From the human T2T-CHM13v2.0 reference genome, Homo sapiens: a stretch of 64,000 nt of DNA. The position numbers were made by a program, and so were the translations under genes. A model generated the notes under the pieces. The model was given only the letters and a program-made list of their open reading frames with translations, was not told where the DNA came from and did no database searches. Of this stretch, positions 24,882 to 41,147 are shown piece after piece (positions within the stretch are counted from its first letter, which is position 1; each line of letters begins with the position of its first letter). The DNA lies in contig CP068257.2 in the NCBI GenBank assembly GCA_009914755.4, positions 27,424,001 through 27,488,000 of the forward strand. Direction: 5' to 3'.

Positions 24882-25008
24882 GGCTGAGGCAGGAGAATGG
24901 AGTGAACCCGGGAGGCGGAGCTTGCAGTGAGCTGAGATCGTGCCACTGCACTCCAGCCTGGGTGACAGAGCCAGACTCTGTCTAAAAAAAAAAAAAAAAA
25001 AAAAAAAA
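24882..25008 (+). mobile_element. 5'-truncated Alu (3' end) with 25-nt poly-A and TSD aaaagtgcattta
   Basis: ggctgaggcaggagaatgg..gcactccagcctgggtgacagagccagactctgtctaaaaaa... Confidence 0.85.
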
Positions 25009-26854
25009 GCATTTAAATTCTATCAAAAATGATTCAAAGTTTACTAATATCTTTTGGTTCTTGTTGGGGTGAGCTTTGCTTGTCTGCAAAATTCATTTAT
25101 GTAGAAAACCTCGTTCTCCCCAATATTGTATGTGAATGAAATGTTACTGTATTTAACATTAATTGAATGCCAACGGCATGGTTAGTATGTTGTTTGAAGG
25201 AATGTTGCGATGGCTTTGATGCAGAATCATAACTCTCTATATCCCCCAGGTGAAAGACAACTTGAGTGGTTAAATTACTGTCATGCAAAGCGACTAGATG
25301 GTTCAGCTGATTGCACCTTTAGAAGTTATGTGGAACGAGGCAGCAGATCTTAAGGTATGTCCGCCTTCCCCCAACCCCTTCCTGTAAAACTGTCGACTAT
25401 AATCCTGTTTTCAGTGAAAACAGGGTGGGAAAAATGTAGGAAAGAAGCAGAGAGAAATGGACCTTGGAAGTCTCAGCTAACCATTACTGTTGGCAATCTG
25501 TGGGAGGTCGGCAGACTATTTGTTAAGGTGCTGATTGAAACTCTGGGACACCGGTTCTTTCCCTTAATACAAAACCAATTTTGAGCCAAGTCATTTAAGA
25601 CCTTTTGAAAACTGATTCTAAAATAGCATGTGATATCCTGCGGAAAAAATAAACCATGATTTAGTAAACTAAATGATCCATGGAGTAAGGACTGCTTTAT
25701 ATGGTGTTCTTAGAGAAAGAGCAGGCACAGATGATAAAATGTGGCCAGGAAAAATCATTGGCACATCTATGTGAGTTCCAGCTTGAAATGAACTTCTCGA
25801 GGTTCATGGCCCCGTAAGTGTTTGCTGCCCACCAGCTCTGGAAAATGAGTGGAAGGATTCCCACCCAGCCTGGAAAACAGAAAGTCCGCTTACCTGATGA
25901 TGCTCTGGGGGAAATTAAGGAATGTTGGTGTCATTTCATAGTGACCACAGCATTGAGTATTGCTCCTTCAGATTCATTTTGCTCTAGGCTGATCAACATT
26001 TCACTTCCGTGATGAGCAGTGCTGGCCTAAGATTTTACTTAAGTTTCATTGATAATAAAGCTGATGGTGAGAATGATAATGATGGCAAGAAATATAGTAA
26101 AGCCTGCCCCACAGTAACGAGAATCTGGCCAGGTGGTGATTGGCAATAGACTCCTATCCTCTGCTAAGGCCCTGTTCTTTCTTCATTAATCTTGCAATAA
26201 CTTGACCCTGAGTTTTAAAGTAATAAATATTTTGGACTTCACATATTGTATGTTAGGGTTTTATCATATATCAACAATGATTATGATGACGTCCCCCTTT
26301 CCTGAGTATTCACTCTGCACATTGTGCTGAGTGCTTTATGCGTGTTATCTCAGTCTTCATGACCATCCTGATGAAAGTCCTCCAATGGCTTTGAACTGTA
26401 CTTAAAATAAAAACCAAACTCTAAACCAGTTCCTCTAAGGAGTGGCATGATCTAGCTCCTGCCTACTTCATGTCCTGCGTCTTTTCCACTTGCTCTGCCC
26501 CAGCCACACTACCTTCTTTTTGTTCTTGTGACATGCCACACTCATTCTCTCTGCTGGACTTTTTCACCAGCTTTTCCTTCTGCCTGGACCTCTCTTCTCC
26601 CAGACCTTAGTGTGGTTGATGCCTCCTTCAGGTCCCAGATTAAATCTCGTCTCCCCAGAGAGGGTTTCCTTGACAACTCTGTCTTCAGGAACTTCCTCAA
26701 TATTCCTTTTACATCACCCTATTTTATTTTTATCCTAAAAGCTAATACTCCCTAAACATTTTCACATTAATTAATTTTAAAAACTCTCTATCTCTGCCAA
26801 TTTGGATGTAATCTTCCTGAGAATTTGGACCAAATATGTTTTTTAATTATGTTC

Positions 26855-26905
26855 CCAGTTCTCAGAACAGTGCTTGGCACATGTTAAGTGTTCAATAAAT
26901 GAATG
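26855..26905 (+). mobile_element. MIR 3'-end fragment
   Basis: cagaacagtgcttggcacatgttaagtgttcaataaatgaatgaa matches the MIR terminus. Confidence 0.5.
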
Positions 26906-27022
26906 AACCTCAGTTTTTGGATGAAGAAGCTAAAGAACAGAGAGGTTAAGCTATGTCTTAGGTCGTATATCTCCTAAATGGTTTATGCAGGATTTAACTG
27001 TAAATCTAATGCTCATTTTCTT

Positions 27023-27327
27023 TTTCTTTTTTTTTTTTTTTTTTTTGAGACAGAGTCTTGTTCTGTCTCCCAGGCTGAAGTGCAGCGGCGCGATCTCCGC
27101 TCACTGCAAGCTCCGCCTCCGGGGTTCAAACGATTCTCTTGCCTCAGCCTCCTGAGTAGCTGGGACCACAGGCTCCCACCACCACGACCGGCTAATTTTT
27201 TGTATTTTTAGTAGAGACGGGGTTTCACTGAGTTAGCCAGGATGGTCTCGATCTCCTGACCTCGTGATCCGCCCACCTCGGCCTCCCAAAGTGCTGGGAT
27301 TACAGGTGTGAGCCACCGCGCCCGGTC
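27023..27327 (-). mobile_element. Alu with TSD (aat)gctcattttct
   Basis: T26 tail, then gagacagagtcttgttctgtctcccaggctgaagtgcag...ggtgtgagccaccgcgcccggtc. Direct repeats are at 27009-27022 and 27328-27340. Confidence 0.92.
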
Positions 27328-28139
27328 GTGCTCATTTTCTTAATGATCATGCTATACAACACTATGAGATTTCTGTACATCACACCTGGAATCACATAAA
27401 GATTATAGCTTAAAACTACACTTAGCTTCCCAAAGAGGAAATTACGATTGTATTTTAATCTACTCACTAAGTGAGTAAGAGCTTCTTCGTTGAACCACTG
27501 TGCATTAGATAGGGACCATATTTCTCAAAAGCTCCAAAGTGTATGTCTCTGCACTCAAGAGAGAGCAGAGCTGGAAAAACATTTCACTTGTGTTCTCATA
27601 ACTCTGATCAAGATAGATGCTTTTATTTTTTTTCAGCATTTTAACTATGAAAGGTGAAGCTTTAATAGGCACACAATTTAGGCTGTTGTATATATTCTGG
27701 ATTAAAAAGTTTAAATGTAACCATAAGAAAAAGCAAATAATAAATGCTATCACCTTTTGTTGTGTTTTCCTGCAAGTGTTTATTTTAAAATATATAATCT
27801 GTTTGACAAAAACACAAGTTTACAGATTGCATTACATTTTCGCACTGTTTTGAATTATGTGTAAGCAATAAATATAATTTCTGAGTTATTCCAAATTCCC
27901 TTTCATAAGCTCTCCTTAAGTTATTTTACACACTGCAAAGTTTAATTTAACCACGCTAGTTTTGTTTAATAGGTTAAAAGGAATTAAATTGGTCTTAAAT
28001 TACGCTGTGAATAATAAAAATGCTAATAGGAAATATATTCCATAACACTAGTGCTGTATTTCTTAAAGCTATTGAAGCCTGGTTATCATTACAGTCAGTC
28101 TTAACCTACAGATGCCCAATCTATAAAATGAGTGTTGGT

Positions 28140-28185
28140 GACACAGGAAAGTGTGTGTGCATGTGTGTGTGTTGAAGAAAGCAGA
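28140..28185. repeat. (TG)n microsatellite
   Basis: gtgtgtgtgcatgtgtgtgtgtt. Confidence 0.85.
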
Positions 28186-28324
28186 GAGAGTCTACCATTT
28201 GGGCGCTGCTTTCTCTGATGATGATATTAATTTTTCTTTGTTCTCCAGTTCAGAAATCTTGGGGTGTGACTGTACCTGTGAGTTAGCTTCCTTGTTTTGC
28301 ACTAAAGAGTGCTAACAAGATACT

Positions 28325-28690
<366 letters not shown>

Positions 28691-29214
28691 TCATCTCTGA
28701 ATCAAGAAACTGGGAGAAGACTGCTCACACCACCTGCAGAAAGAAGGATAATCTGAGAGCCCAAGATGGGCCTTACATTTGTCTTTTTCCATAAAAATAC
28801 TGTTATATATTAGTGTTTGATAAAGTAAAAATAATGATGTTATTATTATCTATCTCACATACATTATGGGTTAATACGTATTTGTGCCCTTGTGAACTGG
28901 CCCAGAAAAAATGAGAAAAAGATTTCTCGTTCCAAACAACCAAAATATAAACTGCCTTTGGGAAGGTAACCCTTTCCTAAGTTAGGGGCTGCTTATAATC
29001 ACATACTTGACACCATTAAGTTTGTGGCTGGTGATGTTTGTGGCCTTATTATTTCTTTACTTTGTCTGCCAGATTGGATTTAGAAACATGAATGAAGCAT
29101 TAACCTCATAAGGAAACTGTACTGAAATAAACAGCATAAATCTCTAGGCTGAGTTTGGCCTTTTGCCTTCTGTCTTTATATAGGATTTCCAAACAAGATG
29201 TGTCTAAGCTGTTC

Positions 29215-29440
29215 AAGAGTGAAAGCAAGAAAAAAGAGGAAGGAAGGAAGGAAGAAAGGGAGGAAGGGAGGGAAGCAGGAAGGAGGGAAGGATGAGAGGG
29301 AGGGAGGAAGGGAAGAGAGGGAGGGAGGAAGGGAAAAAAGGAGAAAGGAAGGGAGTAAGGAGAATAAGAAAGAAGGAGGAAAGACAGGAAGGAGGGAGAG
29401 AAGGCAGGAGGGAAGGAAAAAAGAAAGAATTGATATAACC
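29215..29440. repeat. Purine-rich (GGAA)n/(AGGGA)n microsatellite (polypurine·polypyrimidine tract, ~225 bp)
   Basis: gaaggaaggaaggaagaaagggaggaagggagggaagcaggaaggagggaagg...ggaaggaaaaaagaaag. The + strand is almost exclusively G/A. Confidence 0.9.
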
Positions 29441-29790
29441 TAATAATTTTGATACTATTCGACCCATTTCCTTGCCTTTATTTTCACCATTATTGAATCA
29501 GTGATGACAGCAGTAGATGCAGTAATGTGAAATGTTAACTCATCCATTCATTTATTCATTCTGCAGTATTTTTTACAGAACTTTGCTGTTTAGTATTTCT
29601 GTATTGCTAAGTAGCCTGCAGAGGGTGCACTTTCCTTATTTTTATGTCTTTCCATCCACTTATGACCAAAAGAGGACACAATGTTTTATAAGATTAAAAG
29701 AGATTATTCAATGAAAGAAGTGAGGAAGGCACAACTTCTCTTTTCTTTCTTCTACCAAATGTTACAAAATGAAATACGTAAAAGGCGTAG

Positions 29791-30119
<329 letters not shown>

Positions 30120-30904
30120 AGCTTCTTTGTTAATAGAAAAATCAATTTTAGTGACTTTTTTTGCATGGAGCCAGGATCATCAAGCCTGTGGCCTTCCTCA
30201 CTTTTTTTTTTTTTAAAATTGCTGCATCCCCGGGACTTCGTTTTTTTTCTTGCTCTTTGTGTATGTGTGTTCTTATTTTTCCTCTCTATACTGCATTGGT
30301 CAATAGAAATATAATGCAAGCCATATATGTAATTTAAAATTGCTTAATAGTCACATTAAAAAACTAAAAAGGAGGTAAAATTCATTTTAAAATATTTTAT
30401 TTACTCCAACTTACCAATTTTATCATTTCAACATTTTGTCAATATAAACATTTTATTGAATATTTTACTTTTTTTGGTACCAAATCTTTGAAATCTGCTG
30501 TGAATTTTGCATTTACAGCACCTCTCCTCTTGAACTGGTCACATTTTAAGCTGTGAATAGCCACATGGTACCAGTGGCAACTGTACTGGACAACACATCT
30601 ATATACATTCCTTTTTCATTCACAATTTCTCCATCCCTAACCAAACCAGCAGAAAACAGTGTATTACCAAATGGTGCTGTTTACTCAGAAAATCTTTATG
30701 ACTAATTATCCACCAATTTGAATCATGCAGGAAACATGAGATGGCCTGTGTTCCCTCTAAGAGACTGTCGTTTACAGTTTTGAGATTTTAAAAAATAGAA
30801 TGTTTTTAGCCAGTTGATTTTTAAGTCACTCTAGTTCCCTCCATCACAAAATGAGGTATAGCTCTTAATAAAAGTCCTTCAATTTTATTTTCCTGAGTGT
30901 ACAT

Positions 30905-31225
30905 TTTCTTTTCTTTTTTTCTTTTTTATTTTTTCAATACAGCCCCTTGCTCTGTCACGCAGGCTGGAATGCAGTGGTGGAATCATGGCTCACTACAGCC
31001 CTGACCTCCTGGGCCCAGGTAATTGTCCCACCTCAGCCCCTCAAGTAACTGGGACCACAGGCGTGCACCACCACATCCAGCTAAGTTTTTCTTTCTTTTT
31101 TTTTCATAGAGATGGAGTCTCGCTATTTTGCCCAGGTTGGTCTTGAACACCTGGCTTCAAGCAGTCCTCCTGCTTTTGGCTTCTTGAAGTGCTTGGATTA
31201 CAGGTATGAACTACTGCACCTGGCC
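30905..31225 (-). mobile_element. Old diverged Alu (AluJ-like)
   Basis: ..agccccttgctctgtcacgcaggctggaatgcagtggtgg...gcttggattacaggtatgaactactgcacctggcc. Confidence 0.8.
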
Positions 31226-32303
31226 TGTCCATTCTCAAATACATGATAGTAACTCCCATCTGCTGAGTGCTTCCTATGTACCAGGTACTATGTATTAATT
31301 GTTTATACATATAATTCCATTTAATATTCACAAAAGTCCTTTTGAGTTGGATACTGTTGTTATCACCTTTGTTTTAAAGATGAAGAAACTGAGCATGGGG
31401 AGGGCTAGGGGAGTTGTCTAACATAATCCAGCTAGAATACTGCAGAGCTGGGATTGCAAGCTGGGCCTGCATGACTCCAAATCCTGCCTTCTGTAATTTT
31501 ATGCATGGTGTCTCCCAAGTGGGGAGTATATTAAATGCAAATTTAAGATGTTGGTAAAGGGTAGAATTCTAGAAGTGGTAGAAATCCTAGAGTTCTTATA
31601 ATCAGCTCTCTTTGTTTTTATAAGAAAAATCTGAGGCAGAGCGAGGCTGAGTGGTTTCTCTGTTGAACATCCAGGACTGGAATCCAGGATTCTGAGTCCA
31701 AGCCCAGTGCTCTTTCCCCTGATGAGAAACCTTTCCAGATTTAAACCATTAACAACCCTCTCTAAAGAGGAGGCAAGAGGTTTCAATTTCTTCTCAGGGA
31801 AAAAAAGAACTGACATCAAAAGGTCTGTGCGGGGTCATTTGTCTCATCATGACTTTGATTTGGCCTTGATCTTTATTTAGTATTTCAGTTTTATGCTCTG
31901 CAACAAGTTTGGCCATGTTGGAGGACAATCCAAAGGTCAGCAAGTTGGCTACTGGCGATTGGATGCTCACTCTGAAGCCAAAGTCTATTACTGTGCCCGT
32001 GGAAATCCCCAGCTCCCCTCTGGGTGAGTATTCCGTCCACTTTCTGGAAGTCTCAGGTTCTGAAGGCTTTTTACACACTGCACCATGGGAGCCTAAGGCT
32101 GGTTGGGCAGCACCTCATTCTGCAGGGATCTGGGTCAGAGCAGGACAATGGCTCTACGATGTGCTGGGTGTTCTTCTATCTCCTTCAGTCAATGTGCTAG
32201 GATTGTGATTTCACTTTCTCACCAGGCAGGGGCTGCAGTTTACAGGAGAAAGACTATTCCTGAGTTTGTTCGACTGTGCTGTTTTTTTACTCCTCTTAAC
32301 TGA

Positions 32304-32644
<341 letters not shown>

Positions 32645-32875
32645 TGACTATCATAAGACTTCTATTTCCAAATAATAGCTCATATAATAACTTGTGTAAA
32701 TATCTATAGATAGGCTTCCCTTATTATGGATGCACAATCCATTTTTCATACTGAATAATCTGTTAAGAGTATCTCTACAACTATTATTTCTCAGCTAATA
32801 CTGAATTTTTTACCAAGAGCAATAATATTGTTAAAGACTAGAAATAACCCCTCCATAGCTCATTTAATAAGGTAA

Positions 32876-33268
<393 letters not shown>

Positions 33269-34234
33269 TAGCAGGCAGTAACCCTGGTCATATCAAGTAA
33301 CTTGTATGAATCTCAATTTCCTTACCACTAAGATGAGAATGATGATAATTACCCTCCTTCTAGGATTACTGTGGGGAGCAAATGACTTATATGTGAAAGT
33401 GCTTTGTAAACTGTAAACTGTTTAAAGGTTAGTTTATGTCACATTGTCATGTATCTGTGAATATCATTTTTGTAAGTTTATATGTTATGCTTTAGGCTTG
33501 GACCAATCTAGGTCATAGTAATTACTCTAGGGCAATGGTTCTCAACTGGGGGCAATTTTTCCCCCAGGGGATATTTGGCAATGGCTGGAGATATTTTGGG
33601 GTGTCACAACCAGGGATATGGTACAAGAATCTAGTAGCTAGAGGCCAGAGGCTAGCCTAAACATCCCACAATCCACAGAACAGCTTCCCGCAACAACAAT
33701 TATCTGGCCCCAAATGTCCATAGTGCTGAATTTGAGAAACTCTGCTAGACAGCAGTGGGTTCTCAAATGTTAGCATCTGTCAGAGTCACCCAGGGGAAGT
33801 ATCGAAACACAGATGGCTGGACTCCATCCCAACATTTTCTGATTCAGAAAGTCTAGGGTGGGGCCTAAGTATTTGAATTTTTAGGAAGTTCCCAGGTGAT
33901 GCTAATGTTGCTGGTCCAGACATTGCTCTTTGAGAACCATTTCTGGAGAGAAATCCTTCACTATGCATGGGTCGCTTTGATAGACTACTTTGCTTAGCCT
34001 ACTGAGCAAAGTAGTATCTTATTAAATGGTGCAAAATTTGTATCAACTAGTTGAGAAGTTTGACTCTAGGCCAAAATCCTTTGTGTGATCTGTGTGTGAT
34101 TTGAGATAATGACAAGGCAAGCTCCATGGAAGGAAGAAGCTGCCCTTCCCATACCAGACTCGGTGCACAGCCAGTGCCTTACGGTTTCCTCTAGGGAGTT
34201 GCAGTCAAGGATTCATGCGGGTATCTTTCTTCTC

Positions 34235-34598
<364 letters not shown>

Positions 34599-37500
34599 AG
34601 ATTCTGTTCCACCACCCCACCCCCACACCCCTGCACCCACATGTATGCGTGTCTGTATGCCTAGCCCAGGTGTCTCTATTCAGAGGCTGTCTGTTGGGGG
34701 CCTTGGCTGAGGCACTTTCCTCCACTTTGACTCCACGCCTTTCTACTCCTAGCCCTTTCCCGTTTCCCAGCCTGTGGGCTATAAAGAGGCAGGAGCGTTT
34801 TGTGTGGGGCAGGGGCTCATTTTTCTTGCCTGTTCTGCATGTCATCTGATCCTCACCTAGAGCTGTTCCAGGGGGATAAGGGGAATGTGGGGGAGCTGGA
34901 GCCGTCCTCTTTTGCCTCTTGCCCGCACTGTTGTAGAAGAGAATAAAGACCTGATTGTTACTCTCAGTTTGGCTCATTGAATTAATTGACCACCTCAACA
35001 TCTGATTCCTCAAAAGCCAGTATTAAGTATTTTCCTTCACCTGTGGTCTCCCAACTTATGTGCTGTGAATACAAATGTTGTAGCACAAAAACATCTGCTG
35101 TGACCAACTATTCCAGAGCAGTGGTTGAGAACTGTACATGGTAATATCTGGGGATCTTGTTAAAATGTTTCTAATTCTGTAGGTTCTGGGATGGGGCTTG
35201 AGATTCTGCATATCTGAAAAGCTCCTGGAGGGATATTGGTTTTACTGGTCCAGGGACCACACTTTGAGTAGCAAGACTAAAGTGTCAAGGAATTAACAAT
35301 TTCATTTAAAGAATTAGAATTAATACACAGAGAAACACAAAACAATTAGGGCAGTGCCACTTGATAGTATCAGCTGTTTAAGAGGAAACATGAGGTGATT
35401 TTGAAACAGTGGTATTTAACTCTGGGCTGCAGCTCAGAAGCTTATTATTGATTTTCTGCATGAAAAAATGTTTTTAGAAGTAGGTGTTTATAGTGAGAAG
35501 TAGGCTGGATTAGGAGTTGAAAGTCACATTTTCAGCCTGGTAATTGGCCTTCTGAGCTGTGGGATCTTAGGAAATTTAGTGTCTACCAGCTTAGTTCTAC
35601 TAGGAAGTAGGGTTGAAAATGTACACTAAGTTTTGAAAATATATTGACAATACACATAGAAAACACCATTCGTTTACTTGTTCATTCAAAATATACCTTA
35701 GGTGCGTACTTTGGGCCAAGCACTATTCTAGGTGCTGGGGAATATATCAGTGAATAAGACAGATGCAGTTCCCTGATCTCACAAAGCTCAGAGTCTAGTG
35801 GTAAAGAGAAACATCAAAGAGGCAATAATAATAATAACTAGGGTGAGGTTGATGATAGGGAAAGCACAAAGTGCACAAAGAGTTTATAGCAGGTGAATGA
35901 CCTACATCTAAAAGTCAGGTAGGACCTCCTTAAGACAATGATGTTTAAGCTGAGATCTGAAGGCAATGGCTCCAGGCAGAGGGATGATATATTTCAAGGC
36001 CCAGGGATGAAAGAGCACAGTGACCAGATTGTGTTCAAGTATGGTTGAGCACAGAGAGTGAAAGGGAGCATGGCTATGAGTTTGGAGAGGCACTATATTC
36101 AACAGGACACATTTGATTACAGGTGCCAGAAGCCAACTCATAGAAGCTTATGTATAAAAGAGAAATTGTTGGTTTACTGAACTGGGAAGTCCGTTGGGTA
36201 GAGCTGGCCTCAGGCAGAGAAATGAAATCATCCGATCTATCTCTTTGCTCTCTTCCTCTCTTCTACTTCCCTCCATGTGCTGCTCTTATTCTTCCCCATT
36301 TCAGGAGCGCTTCCTTCATATGGTTGGGAAATGACAGAGTATGATTACAGGTAGTTCAAGGTTTACAGCAACCCAGTTTAGCAACTGAAAAGAAAAAGGA
36401 GGTCACCTTTCTTTCAGAACGCGTTTAAAATCTCGGCTAAGAACTCTGATAGGAACTTGGAAGAGCACCATTTTTAATCCTAGGCTAACGATTGTGGCTG
36501 GGGGATGAGAGGAGTATTGTGATTGGCTGTCCCACCAAAATCACAAGTAGGGGTAAGGGATACTACCTTAGTGGGAAAGGAGTTGCAGTTATCAGGAAAA
36601 GAGGGACACATAATACTGGGCAGACAGAACCCAAAAATATTCACTCAGAGTATCTAGTAGGAATTTGGAGGGAGTATGCATACTATGGTAAGCATGGTTT
36701 TTCCTAACTGCAGCATAGATGGTAAGTTTAGTTTTGAAGAAACTGAAGTGTCTATAAGCTATAGGGTAGTAGATAGATATTTAGAACTTATTATCCAAAG
36801 AAAAATAAGAAGAGAGGGGAAGAAAAGAGAAAAACGCTCTTATAAATAAAAAATATTACTATTGTTCATAAAACATAGGAGGTAGAACAAAATTAAAATT
36901 TATTTTAAATTTTATTATTGCCACTGCAATTCCCCTTACGTCAACCTTGATATACCTTTTAAATATTTAAGGTGTAATGATTACTTCAGTTCTTAGGCCA
37001 ATAGATAGTCAGATTTGCTACATAGTCTCCCTTACAAGTTTTTTTTTTATTAGTCATTTCTTCTGTAGACATTATGGTCAAATAACACGATATGTAGTTA
37101 TCATAGCAATTGATTTCACATAAATTAAGCCAAGGAGCAACATAATGAAAACATGCAAAGATATAATTTATATGATGTTTTTAATTGGTCAGAAATGGCT
37201 TACTGACTAATGTTATAATATTGGGATTAATAGAAGTAGAAAGAATGTTGATTTCTACCCCCCGCACCCAGATTTTAGCTCAATTAACATAAACTGGTTG
37301 AACAGTTAAGGTTGGACAACATCATAAAAAATGTGTGTGGGGACAAACTGTACATTCTATAAACTGTTGTGTCTGTATAATTTGAAGGAATTATAGGGAA
37401 AAAATCTAGGTTGTATATTACCTAGATTTGCGCTAATATGATAGCTATATAACTTTGAATTAATTATAATTAAATAAAATAAAAAATTTAGTTTCTTGGT

Positions 37501-38069
37501 CATGCTAGCCATACTTCAAGTGCCAAGAGGCACATGAGGCTCATGTCTACCATACTGGACAATAACCATCTAGGACATTTCCATTATCACAAAAAGTTCT
37601 GTTGGAGAGCACCAGTCTACACAGCACCAGCAAGTCAGTTCCCTTTCTTTGGAATGAAATAAGCTAAATAAAATTTTTAAGAGGGATTTTTCTCTCCGTG
37701 TGCTCCACAGTAAGCACTGTCAACTCTATGTTTAAGATGCATCCCAAATCTACCCACTTCTCTTTTTTTCTACTGTTACTCTCTGAGCCTGAGCCATTTT
37801 TATCTCCCATCTGGACAACTTCAATAGTCTCCTGACTCACCCCTCTATTTCCATTCTTTCAATTTATATATGGTCTCCATGGAGCAGCTGGAATGATTTT
37901 TAAAAAACACGTACTGGTTTTAAATTTCTTGAGAAAAAAAGGAATGTGAAAGAAGGACACAATATTTTCTGAATTTCCATTACTTGTGCCACTGTGCACC
38001 GTTCTTTCAAAGAAGCGATCTTCTTTAATCTTTACAATAATAAAGGAAAAGGGAGGTATTATAATTCCT

Positions 38070-38160
38070 TTTTGCAAAGGCGGAAATTAGGACTCAGAGA
38101 GGGCAAATAACTAGCTTGTGTTCACCTAGCTAGTAAGTGGCAAACCCTTTGAAGAAATGA
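38070..38160 (-). mobile_element. MIR fragment
   Basis: ggactcagagagggcaaataactagcttgtgttcacctagctagtaagtggcaaaccc resembles the rc-MIR 5' region. Confidence 0.5.
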
Positions 38161-38528
38161 ATGGATGATTTAAACAGCCAAGTCCTAAGCTTTCTACTAG
38201 ACTACCTCGCCAAACATTATTAAGCACTGAAGGAGATTTGTTACTGGGCTTCTTCCTTTTGAGGAAGAGAGAAATTCTTTGTATCTTTCTCTACCTTATC
38301 TGCTCATTTATCTGGACTTTGCCTCCTCAGTTATGAGTATAGCAGTCCCCTCAGGGTGAAGTTGAAGGTCTCTATTCTTTTAATTCTCAAAGATGCCAAA
38401 GTGGCAGGTACAGTTTTGACCCCATATGGAAAGGGTCTCCTCCCAACCAAGTTGGGCTTGCTCTTCCACGGTTTAGGGCAGTGGTTCACTCATTTTTAGG
38501 TCTGAGGCACAGTTTAAAATACTAGCTT

Positions 38529-38845
38529 TCTTTTCTTTTCTTTTCTTTTTGAGACAGGGCCTGCTCTTTCCCCCAGGCTGGAGTTCAGTGGTGTAATCAT
38601 GGCTCACGGCAGCTTTGACTTTCTGGGCTCAAGCAATCCTCCCACCCCAGCTTCCCAAGTAGCTGGGACTACATGTGTACACCACTGTACCCAGCTAATT
38701 GATTTTTTTTTTTTTTTTTTTTTTTGTAGAGACGGGATCTTGCCATGTTGCCCAAGCTGATCTTGAACTTCCGGGTTCAAGCCATTTTCCTGCCTTGGTC
38801 TCCCAAAGTGCTGAGATTACAGGCATGAGCCACTGCGCCCAGCTA
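38529..38845 (-). mobile_element. Old Alu (AluJ/S-like) with internal T24 linker
   Basis: gagacagggcctgctctttcccccaggctggagttcagtggtgtaatcatggctcac...gctgagattacaggcatgagccactgcgcccagc. Confidence 0.88.
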
Positions 38846-39241
38846 AAATACTAGTTTTTGAAGGCATTTAAAGGAGTTGAAAGATTCAAAACAGCTCACA
38901 CACAAAAAGCCAGTATAATAACAACAAATTATAATAAAATAAAACATCTCAATATATATAAGTACAGCCATGGTTATCATGGTTGTTATTACGCCCTTCC
39001 CCTGCTTTGTTCCACATGTTCCATCTGCCTAGCCTCACTGTATTTAAGAGTCTGTGTACTGAGTTGTAGCAAAAGTATGTTGTATTCCTTTTATTATCTT
39101 TATTGCAGCTGGAAGGATCTCTGTGAAGATATTGCAACATAACAGTTGGTCAGAGCAGGTTAGAAACCTCTTCTTCCTTTCCTCTTAAGAAACAGATCTC
39201 TATCTTCCTGTGACAGACTAATTTAAAAAAAACAAAAAAGG

Positions 39242-39545
<304 letters not shown>

Positions 39546-39961
39546 GGAAATGGATCTCCTCCTCCCACCTTTGTCCTCTGAGCGGCAGCCCGAATGAATA
39601 GGAAGCTGTCAGCATCAGCCACGTATGCCCTGGAGAGTCACAAGCCTCACTGGTTTTCGGCATGGCTGCCTTTCTTCATCTCAATTGAGTAATCTTCAAA
39701 CCCTTGTTTCCCCACTCCACATTTCTTAGTATAAATATCATTTCAGTTCGCTTCTTGGGCTACGGATAAAGCAGAGGAGGGGTATGAAATTTTAGAAAAA
39801 TAGAGATGAATACTTTGTTTCAGTCCTTAATTTTACTGATGAGGAAACTGACTACTAAGAGGTTGCAGTAACTTTCCCAAAGTCATACAGCTAGTTAGAG
39901 TGTGGATTTCAGAGCCACACTGGATTTAACTTCCAGTGCTGTCATTTACTAGCTGTTTTGA

Positions 39962-40450
<489 letters not shown>

Positions 40451-40506
40451 CCCTCTTTTTTTTTTTTTTTAATTAGTCTGTCACAGGAAGATGGAGGTCT
40501 GTGGAT

Positions 40507-40540
40507 CTGGGATTACAGGCATGAGCTACCGCGCGTGGCC
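40507..40540 (-). mobile_element. Short Alu fragment
   Basis: tgggattacaggcatgagctaccgcgcgtggcc. Confidence 0.6.
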
Positions 40541-40850
40541 GCAAACATTTTTTATCTTACGATTTCTGTGGGTCAGCAATCTGGGTGTGGCTTCGCTGGA
40601 TACCTCAGGCTCAGCATCTACTACAAAGCTGCATGATAGGTCATGCAAAATGCCATTTACATGGGTGTGAAAAGCAGGAAGTGGAATCATTGGAGACCAT
40701 TTTCCAGGCTGTCTAGCACAGAGTATCTGCTTCATAATGATTGATTTGGGATTAGATACTGGGTCAAGTAATAATGTCACCCACACAGATTATTGGATCA
40801 ATGTTCACCTGAAGGCTTTGTTCTCAGCCTGGTCTTGTTTAACATGTTTG

Positions 40851-41147
40851 TTTTGTTTTGTTTTTTTGAGACGGAGTCTCGCTCTGTCACCCAGGCTGGT
40901 GTGCAGTGGCGCCATCTCTGCTCACTGCAAGCTCCACCTCCCGGATTCAGCCATTCTCCTGCCTCGGCCTCCTGAGTAGTTGGGACTACAGGCGCCCGCC
41001 ACCATGCCCAGCTAATTTTTTGTATTTTTAGTAGAGACGTGGTTTCACTGTGTTAGCCAGGATGGTCTCGATCTCCTGACCTCATGATCCACCTGCCTTG
41101 GCCTCCCGAAGTGCTGGGATTACAGGCTTCAGGCACCGTGCCCGGCC
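40851..41147 (-). mobile_element. Alu
   Basis: gagacggagtctcgctctgtcacccaggctggtgtgcagtggcgccatctc...gggattacaggcttcaggcaccgtgcccggcc. Confidence 0.9.

Noticed and set aside
29198-29467. ORFs encoding KEGRKKGRKGGKQEGG... and SLPPS/FLP-rich peptides
   Set aside because: They are translations of the (GGAA/AGGGA)n purine microsatellite on the two strands. They are low-complexity and not genes.
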